Origin: an uncultured Elusimicrobia bacterium | GTDB taxonomy: Bacteria > Elusimicrobiota > Elusimicrobia > 2-01-FULL-59-12 | DNA: 64,000 nucleotides | Direction: 5' to 3' | Assembly: GCA_963702895.1 (NCBI GenBank) | Contig: OY969767.1 | Span: 576,001 to 640,000, forward strand | Shown here: piece by piece, positions 31,448 through 42,493 of the stretch | How the letters are laid out: each line of letters starts with the position of its first letter | Position numbering within the stretch: position 1 is the first letter of the stretch | The notes under the pieces: model-generated | The model's input: only the letters and a program-made list of their open reading frames with translations | What the model was told of the DNA's origin: nothing | The model's database searches: none | Made by a program: the position numbers and the translations under genes

Positions 31448-31889
31448 TCAGCTTCACCATGCTCCCGGCGCCAAGCATCGGCGCAAGATCGTCGGTCGTG
31501 GCATTGGCTCAGGCCATGGCGCACAATCGACGCGCGGCATGAAAGGCCAACGCTCGCGCGCCGGATTTTCCGGTATGACGGGTTTCGAAGGCGGCCAGAT
31601 GCCGCTCATCCGCCGGGTGCCCAAAAGAGGTTTCCGGCATACACGATTTGATGATCGTATGGGTGTCGTCAATGTGGGAGACTTGGAGAAGTCTTTCCGG
31701 GCGTCTTCGGACGTCAACCCTGCCTCGCTCGTCGAGGCGGGACTCGTGAAAGGCTGTGACCGGGTGAAGGTCTTGGGCGACGGGGTGTTGGCCAAGGCTT
31801 TGACGGTTCAAGCGCACGCCTTCTCTTCGTCCGCCAAAGCGAAAATCGAAAAGGCTGGCGGCAAAGCGGAAGTCCTTAAGGCCTCATGA
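31437..31889 (+). CDS. rplO: 50S ribosomal protein L15
   Basis: [16 protein letters not shown]. Confidence 0.97.
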   Translation: MRLDQLHHAPGAKHRRKIVGRGIGSGHGAQSTRGMKGQRSRAGFSGMTGFEGGQMPLIRRVPKRGFRHTRFDDRMGVVNVGDLEKSFRASSDVNPASLVEAGLVKGCDRVKVLGDGVLAKALTVQAHAFSSSAKAKIEKAGGKAEVLKAS

Positions 31890-33235
31890 CGAGCGAGCTC
31901 AACAACCCGATCAAAGACATCTTTAAGGTCCCGGAGCTTAAGCGCCGCATTTTCTTCACGCTGGCCATCCTCGCGGCGTACCGGGTGGGCGCTACCATAC
32001 CCGTTCCCGGAGTCAACGCGGAAGCGCTGCGCGGATTTTTCGCCATGCAGCAGAACACGCTCCTGGGATTCTTGGACATTTTTTCAGGCGGCGCCATGGG
32101 GCGCCTCGCGATCTTTGCCATGGGCGTTGGCCCCTATATCAACGCCTCCATCATCATGAGCTTGCTGCAGGGGGCCCATGTCATTCCCTATCTGGATCGC
32201 CTGGCGAAAGAAGGCGAGCAGGGCCGCAAGCGCCTCAACCAGATCACGCGCTATCTGACCCTGGTGCTGGGAGGGTTGCAGTCTTTTGGTTTGGCGCTGA
32301 CGATCTCCAAGATGACGGGGCCTGGAGGCGCGTCCATTGTGCTGGATCCTTCCGCGGGATGGATTGCCTTGTCGGTGTTGACGCTCACCACCGGTTCGGT
32401 CTTTATCATGTGGCTGGGAGAGCAGATCACAGAACGCGGCATTGGCAATGGCACGTCCCTGATCATTTTCTCCGGAATTGTTGACCGCATTCCGGCAGGG
32501 GTGGCGGACCTGATTCGCCTGGTGCGGGTGGAAGAGTACACGCTCTTCCGAGCGATTTTCCTTGTGGCACTGGTCGTTGTGATCACAGGGCTTGTGGTGT
32601 GGGTGGAGACCGCCCAGCGCAAAATTCCCGTGCAATACGCCAAACGCGTGGTCGGGCGCAGGATGTATGGCGGTGCGAGCACCTATTTACCGCTCAAGGT
32701 CGATCAATCGGGCGTGATCGCGGTCATTTTTGCGGTATCGCTGCTCGCCGTCCCCGTCACGGTGGCCGCGTTTTTCCCGGAAAACGTGTGGGCGACCAAG
32801 ATCGCACAGCTCGAGCAGCGCGGGAGCTGGATGTATGAGCTCCTTTACGCGGGTTTGATTATTTTCTTTTGCTATTTTTACAACTCGGTTCAGTTTAACC
32901 CGAATGATTTGGCTGAAAATTTACGGAAATGGGGTGGTTTTGTCCCTGGCATCAGGCCGGGCGAGGCCACGGCCCGTTACATTGAGACGATCCTTGAGCG
33001 GATCACCCTGGGTGGCGCGCTCTTTGTGGCGGCGATCGCCGTGCTTCCGGACTATATGAGGAAGATTCTCAACGCTCCGTTTTTTTTCGGGGGGACGGCC
33101 CTCCTGATTGTGGTGGGTGTGGCTCTCGATACCATTGGGCAAATCCAATCACACCTGATCATGAGACATTATGATGGGTTTTTTAAAGGCGGCGGTGGCT
33201 TTAAGGGCCGCTGGTTCAATGTGGGGGGTAAATGA
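31886..33235 (+). CDS. secY: Preprotein translocase SecY
   Basis: PYINASII, WLGEQITERGIGNG, PGIRPG. Confidence 0.98.
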   Translation: MTSELNNPIKDIFKVPELKRRIFFTLAILAAYRVGATIPVPGVNAEALRGFFAMQQNTLLGFLDIFSGGAMGRLAIFAMGVGPYINASIIMSLLQGAHVIPYLDRLAKEGEQGRKRLNQITRYLTLVLGGLQSFGLALTISKMTGPGGASIVLDPSAGWIALSVLTLTTGSVFIMWLGEQITERGIGNGTSLIIFSGIVDRIPAGVADLIRLVRVEEYTLFRAIFLVALVVVITGLVVWVETAQRKIPVQYAKRVVGRRMYGGASTYLPLKVDQSGVIAVIFAVSLLAVPVTVAAFFPENVWATKIAQLEQRGSWMYELLYAGLIIFFCYFYNSVQFNPNDLAENLRKWGGFVPGIRPGEATARYIETILERITLGGALFVAAIAVLPDYMRKILNAPFFFGGTALLIVVGVALDTIGQIQSHLIMRHYDGFFKGGGGFKGRWFNVGGK

Positions 33236-33882
33236 GTCGATTTGTTTTTTTAGGGCCTCCTGGCGCGGGCAAAGGGACCCAAGCAGCGGTTGTGAGCGAG
33301 AAGCTGGGGTTTCCGGCGATTGCGACCGGAGCGATCTTTCGTGCGGCCATCGGCAAGGACACTTCACTGGGCCGGCAGGTCGCGCAGTTCGTGAACTCGG
33401 GGTTGCTTGTGCCCGATCAGCTGACCAATGCCGTGGTCGCGGAGCGCCTCAAGGAAAAGGATTGCAAAAAAGGTTTCATCCTGGATGGTTACCCGCGGAG
33501 CCTCGTTCAGGCGAAGGCGCTCGATGCCTTCTTGCAGAAGGCCAAGACACCGCTGGCCAGCGTGCTGTATTTTAAAGTTGTGGCCGGCGTCGTCGTTGAG
33601 CGCATGGGCAAAAGACGTGTCTGCGGGCAATGCGCGATGACGTACAACCTGGTCTCTCAGCCTCCGAAGCGGGAAGGGAAGTGCGATAAGTGCGGTGCCG
33701 CGCTCGTCACGCGCACCGATGATGAGCCGCAGTCCATTCGGAAGCGTCTGGAGATTTACGAAGAGACCATCCAGCCTCTTCTTCAATATTACGAGAAGAA
33801 GGGTGTGCTGAAGATTTGCGACGCCTCGTTGCCGGTCCAGGACGTGGCCAAAGGCGTCATGCAGATTTGTGGTGTGAAATAA
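33232..33882 (+). CDS. adk: Adenylate kinase (Zn-lid)
   Basis: GPPGAGKGTQ, LDGYPR. Confidence 0.97.
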   Translation: MSRFVFLGPPGAGKGTQAAVVSEKLGFPAIATGAIFRAAIGKDTSLGRQVAQFVNSGLLVPDQLTNAVVAERLKEKDCKKGFILDGYPRSLVQAKALDAFLQKAKTPLASVLYFKVVAGVVVERMGKRRVCGQCAMTYNLVSQPPKREGKCDKCGAALVTRTDDEPQSIRKRLEIYEETIQPLLQYYEKKGVLKICDASLPVQDVAKGVMQICGVK

Positions 33883-33894
33883 GGTCCGCCCTTG

Positions 33895-34698
33895 ATGGCG
33901 CAGGCCGCCCGTATTGAGCTGAAGAGTCCACGGGAAATTGATCTTTTAAGAACAGCCGGTCATGTTGCGGCCGAAGTCCTTTTCTCGCTCAAGAAAAGTA
34001 TCGTCGCCGGCATGACCACGCGAGAGATCGATGCGATGGCTGCCAAAATGATGCGCGAGCGCAGCGCGGTGCCGTCTTTTCTCCATTACCGGGGCTATCC
34101 CGCGACCGTGTGCACATCGGTCAATGAGGAGATTGTGCACGGTATCCCGAGCCAGAGGCGATTGAAGGATGGCGATCTCCTGAGCCTTGATATCGGTATG
34201 TTTGTCGAAGGCTATTGCGGCGATACGGCGACCTCGTGGGTCATTGGCCCCAAGGTCACAGACGAACAAGAGCGTTTGATGAATGCCGGCAAAGCGTCAC
34301 TCGAGGCTTCCATCGAGGCGGCGCGCGTAGGACTCCGGCTGGGGGATGTCTCCTTTGCGATGCAGTCCGTCGTGGAGAGCGCTGGGTTCCAGGTCGTTCG
34401 AGAATACGGTGGCCATGGGATCGGCCGAGCGATGCACGAAGAGCCCCATGTCGCTTGCTTCGGGAGTCCCCACACCGGATTACGGCTTGTGGAAGGCATG
34501 GTGCTGGCTCTTGAGGTGATGGCCAATGTGGGAACAGCAGCCATTCGTCATAAGTCGGATGGCTGGACCGTGGTGACGCAGGATGGCAGCCTTTCTGTGC
34601 ATTATGAGAAGATGGTGGCCTTGACGGCCTCAGGCACGGAAGTGCTGACACCGCATGGCGACGAAAAGGAGCGGGATGACCAAAGAAGAAAAGATTGA
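33895..34698 (+). CDS. map: Methionine aminopeptidase type I
   Basis: [21 protein letters not shown]. Confidence 0.96.
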   Translation: MAQAARIELKSPREIDLLRTAGHVAAEVLFSLKKSIVAGMTTREIDAMAAKMMRERSAVPSFLHYRGYPATVCTSVNEEIVHGIPSQRRLKDGDLLSLDIGMFVEGYCGDTATSWVIGPKVTDEQERLMNAGKASLEASIEAARVGLRLGDVSFAMQSVVESAGFQVVREYGGHGIGRAMHEEPHVACFGSPHTGLRLVEGMVLALEVMANVGTAAIRHKSDGWTVVTQDGSLSVHYEKMVALTASGTEVLTPHGDEKERDDQRRKD

Positions 34699-34894
34699 GG
34701 TGGATGGCCGGGTGCTCGAGGCTTTTCCCAATGCGATGTTCAAGGTGGAAATCGAAGGCGGGCATACGGTGCTGGCGCATATTTCAGGGAAAATGCGCAT
34801 GCATTACATCAAGATTTTACCGGGGGACAAAGTCAAAGTCGAGTTGTCTCCCTACGACTTAAAAAGAGGTCGGATCACTTTCCGAGAGAAATGA
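34676..34894 (+). CDS. infA: Translation initiation factor IF-1
   Basis: [18 protein letters not shown]. Confidence 0.98.
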   Translation: MTKEEKIEVDGRVLEAFPNAMFKVEIEGGHTVLAHISGKMRMHYIKILPGDKVKVELSPYDLKRGRITFREK

Positions 34895-34900
34895 TCAACC

Positions 34901-34956
34901 GTCATGCCGGCGAAAGCCGGCATCCAGCTCTGGACCCCGGCTTCCGCCGGGGTGAC
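34901..34956. repeat. GTCAT...TGAC double-hairpin palindromic element
   Basis: GTCATGCCGGCGAAAGCCGGCATCC...CCCCGGCTTCCGCCGGGGTGAC. Confidence 0.75.
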
Positions 34957-34970
34957 GTCAGGAGAATGAT

Positions 34971-35084
34971 ATGAACGTGCGAGCATCCGTCAAGCCCATT
35001 TGTGGTAAATGTAAAGTCATACGGCGCAAGGGCGTTGTGCGCGTCATTTGCAAAGAACCGCGGCACAAGCAGCGCCAAGGATAA
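34971..35084 (+). CDS. rpmJ: 50S ribosomal protein L36
   Basis: Manual translation [37 protein letters not shown]; below the ORF-track cutoff. Confidence 0.97.
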   Translation: MNVRASVKPICGKCKVIRRKGVVRVICKEPRHKQRQG

Positions 35085-35186
35085 GTCCGAGATGATCGAA
35101 GAGGGACGACCGACGAGGCATCAACGTCACAGTGGGATCATGAGGACTCGTCCCTCATCGCTCGTCTCTCAGAACGAGGAGTAGGT

Positions 35187-35591
35187 ATGGCCAGAATCTC
35201 AGGAGTCGATCTTCCCAAAGACAAGCGTGTCGATATCGCGCTTGCCTATATTTATGGCATTGGTCGCAAGCTGGGGTCCGATATTATTTCAGAAGCGCAG
35301 ATCGACCCGGCGACGCGCGTGAAAAACTTGACCGAAGCCGAGGTCAATAAAATCAGCTCCATCATATCGGCCAAGGAAATACGCGTGGAAGGCGACCTGC
35401 GCCGGGACATCCAGGCCAACATCCGTCGCTTTATTGAGATTGGGTCGTATCGCGGCTTTCGTCATCGGAGAAATCTCCCGTGCCGCGGCCAAAGAACCAA
35501 AACCAACGCCAGGACACGCAGAGGCCGCCGCAAGACCGTCGGGTCGGCGCGCGCGGAGAAGCCGACGGCAGCAGCGCCCACGGCGAAATAG
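35187..35591 (+). CDS. rpsM: 30S ribosomal protein S13
   Basis: [22 protein letters not shown]. Confidence 0.98.
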   Translation: MARISGVDLPKDKRVDIALAYIYGIGRKLGSDIISEAQIDPATRVKNLTEAEVNKISSIISAKEIRVEGDLRRDIQANIRRFIEIGSYRGFRHRRNLPCRGQRTKTNARTRRGRRKTVGSARAEKPTAAAPTAK

Positions 35592-35615
35592 CAGGAAGTC
35601 AGAACAGGAGAATTT

Positions 35616-36071
35616 ATGGCAGAAGAAAAGCTACCACCCCCCAAGTCCTCTGAGGCGAAACCTCAGGCCGGCGCCGCCGCGCGCGCAAGTGCCGGGTCCG
35701 CCAAGAAAAAGAAACTTTGGAAGAATGTGACTGTCGCGCGGGCCTGTATCCAGTCTTCATTCAATAACACGATCGTCTCGATCACCGATGAAGCAGGTCA
35801 GGTGATTGTGTGGTCGACGGCCGGCGCATGCGGTTTTAAGGGAACGAAGAAAGGCACGCCGTTTGCCGCGCAAGTCACAGCCGATACGGCCGCCAAGAAG
35901 GCGATGGAATTGGGCGTCAAACAGGTGCACGTGCTGGTGAAAGGGCCAGGATCAGGCCGAGAGACCGCGATCCGAGGGCTGCAGGGGGCCGGGCTTGCCA
36001 TTCTGTCGATTCGGGACGTCACGCCGATCCCCCATGACGGGTGCCGCCCACCCAAGCCGAGGAGAGTCTAG
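35616..36071 (+). CDS. rpsK: 30S ribosomal protein S11
   Basis: [23 protein letters not shown]. Confidence 0.98.
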   Translation: MAEEKLPPPKSSEAKPQAGAAARASAGSAKKKKLWKNVTVARACIQSSFNNTIVSITDEAGQVIVWSTAGACGFKGTKKGTPFAAQVTADTAAKKAMELGVKQVHVLVKGPGSGRETAIRGLQGAGLAILSIRDVTPIPHDGCRPPKPRRV

Positions 36072-36073
36072 CT

Positions 36074-36706
36074 ATGTCGAGATATATTGGACCCGTTTGC
36101 CGGCTGTGCCGCCGAGAAGGCACGAAGTTATTTCTGAAGGGCGAGAAGTGCTACAACGCCTGCATCCTCGACAAAGGCAAAAGAAAATCCGCCCCGGGCA
36201 TGCACGTGAAGCAGCGTGTGAAAGTGTCGGAATACGGCCGTCGTCTTCGTGAGAAACAGAAAACCAAGCGTATCGCCGGCTTGACCGAACAGCAGTTCCA
36301 CCATTATTTCGAGCAGGCGGAACGGCAACAGGGGCTCACCGGCGAGAACCTTCTCCGGATGCTCGAGACGAGGCTTGATAACGTGATCAAACGGTTAGGG
36401 TTCGCTCTGTCCATGCCTCATGCCCGACAGCTGGTGCTGCATGGGCATGTCAGCGTCAACGACAAGCGTGTGGATGTGCCGTCTTATCAAGTGCATCCCG
36501 GTGATAAAGTCAGTTTATCGGAGAAGGCCCGCCAGAATGTCGCTGTGCAGCAGGCCCTGGCGGCCCTGCAGAAGCGCGGTCCACTGCCCTCTTGGGTGGA
36601 AGTCAATGCCTCACACGTCTCTGGCAAAGTGCGCAGCTGGCCGAGCCGTGACGAAATGTCTTACCCCATTGATGAACAATTGATCGTGGAGCTGTATTCG
36701 AAATGA
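36074..36706 (+). CDS. rpsD: 30S ribosomal protein S4 (Zn-binding)
   Basis: CRLCRRE, LETRLDN, IVELYSK. Confidence 0.98.
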   Translation: MSRYIGPVCRLCRREGTKLFLKGEKCYNACILDKGKRKSAPGMHVKQRVKVSEYGRRLREKQKTKRIAGLTEQQFHHYFEQAERQQGLTGENLLRMLETRLDNVIKRLGFALSMPHARQLVLHGHVSVNDKRVDVPSYQVHPGDKVSLSEKARQNVAVQQALAALQKRGPLPSWVEVNASHVSGKVRSWPSRDEMSYPIDEQLIVELYSK

Positions 36707-36720
36707 CAGCGATTGTTGCT

Positions 36721-36794
36721 GTCATCCCGGCCGGTCGTAAGCCGGGATCCAAAGTTTAAAGATGGATCCCCCGCTTACAACCGCGGGGGATGAC
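36721..36794. repeat. GTCAT...TGAC double-hairpin palindromic element
   Basis: GTCATCCCGGCCGGTCGTAAGCCGGGATCC...GGATCCCCCGCTTACAACCGCGGGGGATGAC. Confidence 0.75.
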
Positions 36795-36816
36795 GATTAA
36801 TAAGGAGGACGTACAG

Positions 36817-37833
36817 ATGAAATTACGCGATTTGGTATTGCCACAAAGCCTCGAGTGTGATCAGGAAACCCTGACCGACACATTTGGGCGCTTTTACGCG
36901 GAACCCTTTGAGAAGGGATACGGCCACACGATCGGGAACTCGTTAAGGCGGATTCTTTTGTCCAGCCTGGAGGGCTGCGCGGTGACGGCCGTGAAAATCG
37001 ATAAGGTCGTCCATGAATATTCCACGATGAAGGGTGTGCGTGAGGACGTCATCACGATCCTCCTGAACCTTAAACAGCTCCGTTTTAAACTTCATACGCC
37101 TGAGCCGGAGATCTTGCATCTCTCCGTAAAAGGGGAGCGCGTCGTGCGCGCCAAAGACATCGAGGCCAACGCCAACGTGGAGATCCTCACTCCGGACCTT
37201 CCTATTGCGACGCTGGACACCAATGGCGAGATCAACATGCAACTCTGGGTCTGCCGTGGCCGAGGCTATGTGCCTTCGGATAAACAGGTCAAGGAAAATT
37301 ATCCTGCGGACAGCCTGATGATGGACGCGCTCTTTTCCCCGGTCATCAAGATCCACTACGATGTGGAAAACTCCCGTGTCGGTCAAGTGACGGACTATGA
37401 CCGCCTGGTCTTAGACGTATGGACGGATGGCTCTGTCGCGCCGGGGGACGCGATCGCTTATTCCGCCAAGATCCTCAAGGACAGTCTTTCCATCTTCATT
37501 ACGTTTGAAGAAGAAGAGGTGGTGCAGGCTCCGGAAACTTCTGCGCAGGCCCCCCAAGCCGGTCTTCCGGGAGCGGACAGCGATCGTTTGCGGGAGTTGC
37601 TGAACCAACCCGTGGACATCATTGAGCTCTCGGTACGCGCTTCCAACTGTCTCAAGGCAGCCAAGATCCGCACGATTGGGGACCTCGTTTCGAAGACGGA
37701 CGAGGAGCTGATCGGTTATAAGAACTTTGGTAAAAAGTCTCTGGACGAGATTAAGGAACGCCTCTCGGAGCTCAGCCTCAGCCTCGGGATGGACATCTCC
37801 TCCATGACGGGCCAGACGGCTAAAACGAACTGA
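36817..37833 (+). CDS. rpoA: RNA polymerase alpha subunit
   Basis: GYGHTIGNSLRR, ELSVRASNCL, NFGKKSLDEI. Confidence 0.98.
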   Translation: MKLRDLVLPQSLECDQETLTDTFGRFYAEPFEKGYGHTIGNSLRRILLSSLEGCAVTAVKIDKVVHEYSTMKGVREDVITILLNLKQLRFKLHTPEPEILHLSVKGERVVRAKDIEANANVEILTPDLPIATLDTNGEINMQLWVCRGRGYVPSDKQVKENYPADSLMMDALFSPVIKIHYDVENSRVGQVTDYDRLVLDVWTDGSVAPGDAIAYSAKILKDSLSIFITFEEEEVVQAPETSAQAPQAGLPGADSDRLRELLNQPVDIIELSVRASNCLKAAKIRTIGDLVSKTDEELIGYKNFGKKSLDEIKERLSELSLSLGMDISSMTGQTAKTN

Positions 37834-37855
37834 AGGGAAAACCGAGGAGTCTTGC

Positions 37856-38206
37856 ATGAATACGGGAGCAGGTAGAAAACTTGGGCGACCCACGGGGCAT
37901 CGTTTTCAGATGCTCCGTAACATGGCGACGAGCCTTTTGCACTATGAAAAGATCCAAACCACCAAACCCAAGGCGCGCGAGGTGGCGCGCGTGGCAGAAA
38001 GGCTCATCAGCTTGGCCAAAGCCGGCGACCTTTCGGCTCGGCGCCGCGTGGCCAGGGATTTGAAAAGTCCTTCCGTAAACGCTAAGCTCTTCGATATCCT
38101 TGCGCCACGCTACAAGGACCGAAAGGGCGGTTATACGCAATTCGTGATGAAAGGGCCGCGTCTCTCGGATGGTGCGGAAATCGGCATCCTCAAACTTGTC
38201 TCCTAA
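37856..38206 (+). CDS. rplQ: 50S ribosomal protein L17
   Basis: RKLGR...TTKPKA...RKGGYT. Confidence 0.96.
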   Translation: MNTGAGRKLGRPTGHRFQMLRNMATSLLHYEKIQTTKPKAREVARVAERLISLAKAGDLSARRRVARDLKSPSVNAKLFDILAPRYKDRKGGYTQFVMKGPRLSDGAEIGILKLVS

Positions 38207-39240
38207 TGTTTAACTATCTCTTCAGCCTGTTCTCGAACGACATGGGTATCGACCTGGGCACGGCCAATACGCTTGTTTATGTCAAAGGGCAAGGCATTGT
38301 GCTTCGAGAGCCTTCCGTGGTCGCCATTGAGAAAGACACGAAGAATGTGCTCGCCATTGGTGTGGAGGCGAAGCGCATGCTGGGCAAGACGCCTGCCAAT
38401 ATCGTGGCGGTGCGCCCCCTGCGCAATGGCGTCATCGCGGACTTTGATGTGACCGAGCGGATGATCCGTTACTTTATCAAGAAAGTGCACAATCGACGGA
38501 GCCTCTTGCATCCCCGCATCGTGATTGGTGTTCCCTCCGGGATCACCGAGGTGGAAAAGCGAGCCGTTCGCGAGTCGGCACAACAGGCGGGCGCGCGCGA
38601 GGTGTATTTAATTGAGGAGCCCATGGCGGCCGCGATAGGCGCGGACATACCCATTAACGAGCCGCGAGGGCATATGATTGTGGATATGGGAGGCGGCACC
38701 ACGGAAGTGGCTGTCGTATCGTTGGGGGATATGGTGGTTTCAAAGTCGCTCGATGTCGCGGGGGACGAGTTGGACGAGGCCATCATTCAGTACTTTCGCC
38801 GTAAGTACAACCTGCTCATTGGTGAAACTTCGGCGGAGGAAGTCAAAATAAAGATTGGATCGGTTTTTCCGCTGCCTGAAGAGCAAGTGATGGAAGTCAA
38901 AGGCCGCGACCAGGTGACAGGGTTGCCCAAGACGGTCACCATTACCTCGGAAGAGGTGCGGCAGGCGCTCGCGGACCCGATCAAACTGATTATTGAAGTC
39001 ATCAAGCAAACTCTGGAAGAAACACCGGCTGAGTTGGCTGCCGATTTAGTGGATACTGGCATTGTTCTTGCCGGCGGTGGGGCCCTTTTAAGGGGACTTC
39101 CCGACCTCTTGTCGCAGGAAACGGAACTGCCAGTGGTGTTGGCCGCAGATCCTCTGACCTGTGTGGTCATGGGGACCGGGCGTTATTTGGAAGAGCTGGA
39201 TCAAATGCGGCGCGAGCGCCGCTCCCTTCCACTGCACTAA
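38206..39240 (+). CDS. mreB: Rod shape-determining protein MreB
   Basis: [18 protein letters not shown]. Confidence 0.98.
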   Translation: MFNYLFSLFSNDMGIDLGTANTLVYVKGQGIVLREPSVVAIEKDTKNVLAIGVEAKRMLGKTPANIVAVRPLRNGVIADFDVTERMIRYFIKKVHNRRSLLHPRIVIGVPSGITEVEKRAVRESAQQAGAREVYLIEEPMAAAIGADIPINEPRGHMIVDMGGGTTEVAVVSLGDMVVSKSLDVAGDELDEAIIQYFRRKYNLLIGETSAEEVKIKIGSVFPLPEEQVMEVKGRDQVTGLPKTVTITSEEVRQALADPIKLIIEVIKQTLEETPAELAADLVDTGIVLAGGGALLRGLPDLLSQETELPVVLAADPLTCVVMGTGRYLEELDQMRRERRSLPLH

Positions 39241-39321
39241 ACGAGCGCCACACGTCAGTCGCTCGTCCGACCGAAATGAGTCGGACGGTTATCTCCTAGA
39301 GTCCAAGAAGGGTTGATCCTG

Positions 39322-40164
39322 ATGGACTGGGACATTCGCGAGCGATACCGATCTACGATTCTTCTGGCGGGGCTTTTATTCACCTCTTCGGCCTTCCTGG
39401 CGTTCCATAAAAGAGAACCGATCCGGTTTTTGCAGGTTTTCCTGAGGCATTTCGCGCTTCCCCCGCAGAAATTTCTGATCAAACTCTCAACCTCCGTATC
39501 CCCTGCGGAGCTCGCTCCTGACCATCCGTCCATCGACCTGGACGCTGCGGAGCGATCTTCGCGCCTGGAGACCCTCTACCCGGCTGAACTCCAGAGAAAA
39601 ATGCAGATGCTCGCTGAAGAAAATCGAAAACTTCGCGAAATCCTCAACCTTCAAGCGGACCGATGGCCGAAGGCACTTCCCGCGCATGTCGTAGGACGCG
39701 ACCCGCAGCGTTGGTTCCAGGATATCGTCTTGGACAAGGGGACGGAAGATGGTCTCGCGGTCGATGATCCCGTGCTGGCCATTGAGGATGGACGGGAAGC
39801 CCTCATTGGGCGCATTTCAGAGGCTTCGGGCCGGGTCTCCAAGGTGATGCTCCTGCAGGACCCCCTCAGCGCGGTGGCGGCTGAAGTTCTTGGTGTGGCA
39901 GGGGAAGACGGTGTTGTTGAGGGAACCAACTCTCATGCGTTGCTCTTGAAGTACTTGGACCGCGGAAGTCAGGTGAAGATTGGAGATCTCGTGGTGACCT
40001 CGGGACTCGGAAAGATGTTCCCCGCCAAGGTGCCCATCGGCTGGGTCAAAGAGCTCGAGCCGGATCCTCGTCAGCTCTTTTTACAGGCTCACTTGCGTCC
40101 GGCGGTCAAATCCAGCGCCTTGCGCAACGTGCTGGTCATCATGCTTCCGAGGGCTGAACCATGA
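39322..40164 (+). CDS. mreC: Rod shape-determining protein MreC
   Basis: Coiled coil ENRKLREIL, LDKG..DG, VTSGLG..FP. Confidence 0.92.
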   Translation: MDWDIRERYRSTILLAGLLFTSSAFLAFHKREPIRFLQVFLRHFALPPQKFLIKLSTSVSPAELAPDHPSIDLDAAERSSRLETLYPAELQRKMQMLAEENRKLREILNLQADRWPKALPAHVVGRDPQRWFQDIVLDKGTEDGLAVDDPVLAIEDGREALIGRISEASGRVSKVMLLQDPLSAVAAEVLGVAGEDGVVEGTNSHALLLKYLDRGSQVKIGDLVVTSGLGKMFPAKVPIGWVKELEPDPRQLFLQAHLRPAVKSSALRNVLVIMLPRAEP

Positions 40165-40661
40165 GAAAAGTGCTTTATTTTGCGCTTACCGTTTGGATCC
40201 TTCTCTGGGCCCAGGTGGTCAGCAATCATTTTCTGGGGGGAACGCTCTTTTCTATTCAGTGGATATTTCTCGCCGTTCTACACTTTGGGTTGGCGCGCGG
40301 CCCTTGGACAGGCGAAAGCATGGGTTTTGTCTGGGGGCTTCTCCTGGATGCCTCGACGCTGGGTTTTCTGGGCCTTCATAGCATGCTTTTTTCCCTCGCG
40401 GGTTACGCGGCAGGAATGTTTCGCCGTCAGCTGGATGCCTCGAAACTCTGGACGCAGACGATCCTCTCCTGGATGGCGTCGCTGGCTTACTTTACGGCAT
40501 ATTTCTTGGTGACACGCCTTTTGTCTTCGAGTGAAGAGTCCCTGCGTTGGGCGTTTCTCACCGTCCCGCTGCTCAATGCCCTCGCAGCGCCCTTGGTGTT
40601 CTACGTCCTGGACTTCTGGGCGCAGGTATGGGATCAAGATTCTGCCGAGAGGAAGATCTAA
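40161..40661 (+). CDS. mreD: Rod shape-determining protein MreD
   Basis: Hydrophobic, GLLLD motif, synteny. Confidence 0.88.
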   Translation: MRKVLYFALTVWILLWAQVVSNHFLGGTLFSIQWIFLAVLHFGLARGPWTGESMGFVWGLLLDASTLGFLGLHSMLFSLAGYAAGMFRRQLDASKLWTQTILSWMASLAYFTAYFLVTRLLSSSEESLRWAFLTVPLLNALAAPLVFYVLDFWAQVWDQDSAERKI

Positions 40662-42493
40662 TGGTCTTTGTCGTAGGGTTTTCTCATCAGGCCGTGAGGG
40701 CGTCGCGAACAAGGGTGCTCCTGGCCATTGCCATGGGTGCCTTGGCCGCGTGTTTTCTAAAGCTTTTTGTTCTTCAGGTGATTCGAGGAAAAGCTTTTGC
40801 CCGCGCTTCTGAAAGCAACCATACCCAAATTCTTGTTGAGCGTGCGCCGAGGGGGCGTATTCTTGACCGTCATGGTGCCGTGTTGGCGGATGATCAGCCG
40901 GTCTTTGTCGCTCTCTTTTCACCCCTTGGACTTGAACCGACGCGTTTTGAGCCCCTGTCGACACGCCTCGCATCGATCTTGCATGTCCAGGGTCCGGAGA
41001 TCCAGAAACGGATCTTTGCGGCCGTCAAATCAAGATCCATGATGCGGATTTCGGACCGCCTCACGCGCGCCCAGGCCTTTCAAATTCTACAGTCGAGGGC
41101 CCATCTGCCCGGGATTTCGCTGACCGTCGAAGAACAGCGCCACTACCCGATGGGTAAACTGGCTTCGCATGTGCTGGGCCATGTGGGACAGATCTCGGAC
41201 GCCGAACTGGAACATTTCGCCGACCAGGGATACCAACGTGGCGACTGGATTGGCAAACTGGGTCTTGAGCGCCTCTACGACCCCTCGCTTCACGGGCAGG
41301 ACGGTGGATTCTTGATCGAGGTGGATGCCCGCGGGAGGCAAGTTCGGGTGGTGCGCCACGTCCAGCCCCAGGCAGGAAAAGATCTCATCCTCACGCTGGA
41401 CCATAAGCTCCAGGCCCTCGCCGAACGGCAGCTGAGCGCGACCGGTCATCACGGAGCCGCTGTCGTCATGAACCCTAATTCGGGAGAGCTGCTCGCGCTT
41501 GCCTCCTCTCCGGGTTTTGACCCGAATCTCTTCATGCCGCTGGGAGATTCTGATGAACGCAGAAGAATTCTTCGAGACAATGTCCATAAGCCGCTTCTCA
41601 ATAGGACCATTCAAGAATACTACCCTCCTGGTTCCACGTTTAAGATCATCACCTCTCTGGCCGCCCTGGAGAAGAAAACGTTTGATCCCGCGAAGAAGGT
41701 GTACTGCAAAGGCTATCTCCTCTTTGGTAAAGAGAAGAGAAAGTTTCGTTGCTGGAAAGAACATGGCCATGGAGGGGTGGATTTTAAGCGCGCCCTCGCC
41801 GAAAGCTGTGACGTTTACTACTACCAGATCGCGGACGAGCTGGGACCTGAAGCGATAGAAGAGATGGCCCAGCGTTTTGGCCTTGGGGCCATCACCGGCG
41901 TCGATCTTCCGCACGAAAAGCACGCGAAGCTGCCGGTCGCACTCAAAAAATCAAAGTCGAGGGCTTCTGAGCGCTACTGGCACGGAGGTGACACTTTGAA
42001 TTACGCCATCGGACAAGGGGATTTGCAGGTGACGCCGCTCCAAATGACCAACCTGACCGCGACCTTCGCCTCGAGCGGCAATATGTGGCAACCCTACCTC
42101 GTTTCAGAATCACAACGCTTCGGCCACTTTCTGGAACGTCTCGGAGGGCCACGCCTGCTGAGCCGAATTAGTGTTTCGGATCCATCCTGGGCGCTCGTCC
42201 GAGAGGGTCTGGAAGAGGCGGTGCGAGCAGGGACGGGCATGGCGGCTCGCATATCCGGTATTCGTGTCGCAGGGAAGACCGGCACCGCCCAGGCGTCGAA
42301 GGGTGAGGATCACGCGTGGTTTGTCGCTTACGCGCCGGCCGATAACCCTCAGGTGGCCTGTGCGGTCTTGGTCGAGCATGGCGGGCATGGGGGGGCCGTG
42401 GCGGCTCCTATCGCGCATGATCTGTTGGCCATGGTCTTAAATACGGATCAAGTGGGTCGCCGAGAACAGCACGAGGTCATCGAGAGTGATTAG
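40661..42493 (+). CDS. mrdA: Penicillin-binding protein 2
   Basis: STFK, SCD, KTGT motifs. Confidence 0.96.
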   Translation: MVFVVGFSHQAVRASRTRVLLAIAMGALAACFLKLFVLQVIRGKAFARASESNHTQILVERAPRGRILDRHGAVLADDQPVFVALFSPLGLEPTRFEPLSTRLASILHVQGPEIQKRIFAAVKSRSMMRISDRLTRAQAFQILQSRAHLPGISLTVEEQRHYPMGKLASHVLGHVGQISDAELEHFADQGYQRGDWIGKLGLERLYDPSLHGQDGGFLIEVDARGRQVRVVRHVQPQAGKDLILTLDHKLQALAERQLSATGHHGAAVVMNPNSGELLALASSPGFDPNLFMPLGDSDERRRILRDNVHKPLLNRTIQEYYPPGSTFKIITSLAALEKKTFDPAKKVYCKGYLLFGKEKRKFRCWKEHGHGGVDFKRALAESCDVYYYQIADELGPEAIEEMAQRFGLGAITGVDLPHEKHAKLPVALKKSKSRASERYWHGGDTLNYAIGQGDLQVTPLQMTNLTATFASSGNMWQPYLVSESQRFGHFLERLGGPRLLSRISVSDPSWALVREGLEEAVRAGTGMAARISGIRVAGKTGTAQASKGEDHAWFVAYAPADNPQVACAVLVEHGGHGGAVAAPIAHDLLAMVLNTDQVGRREQHEVIESD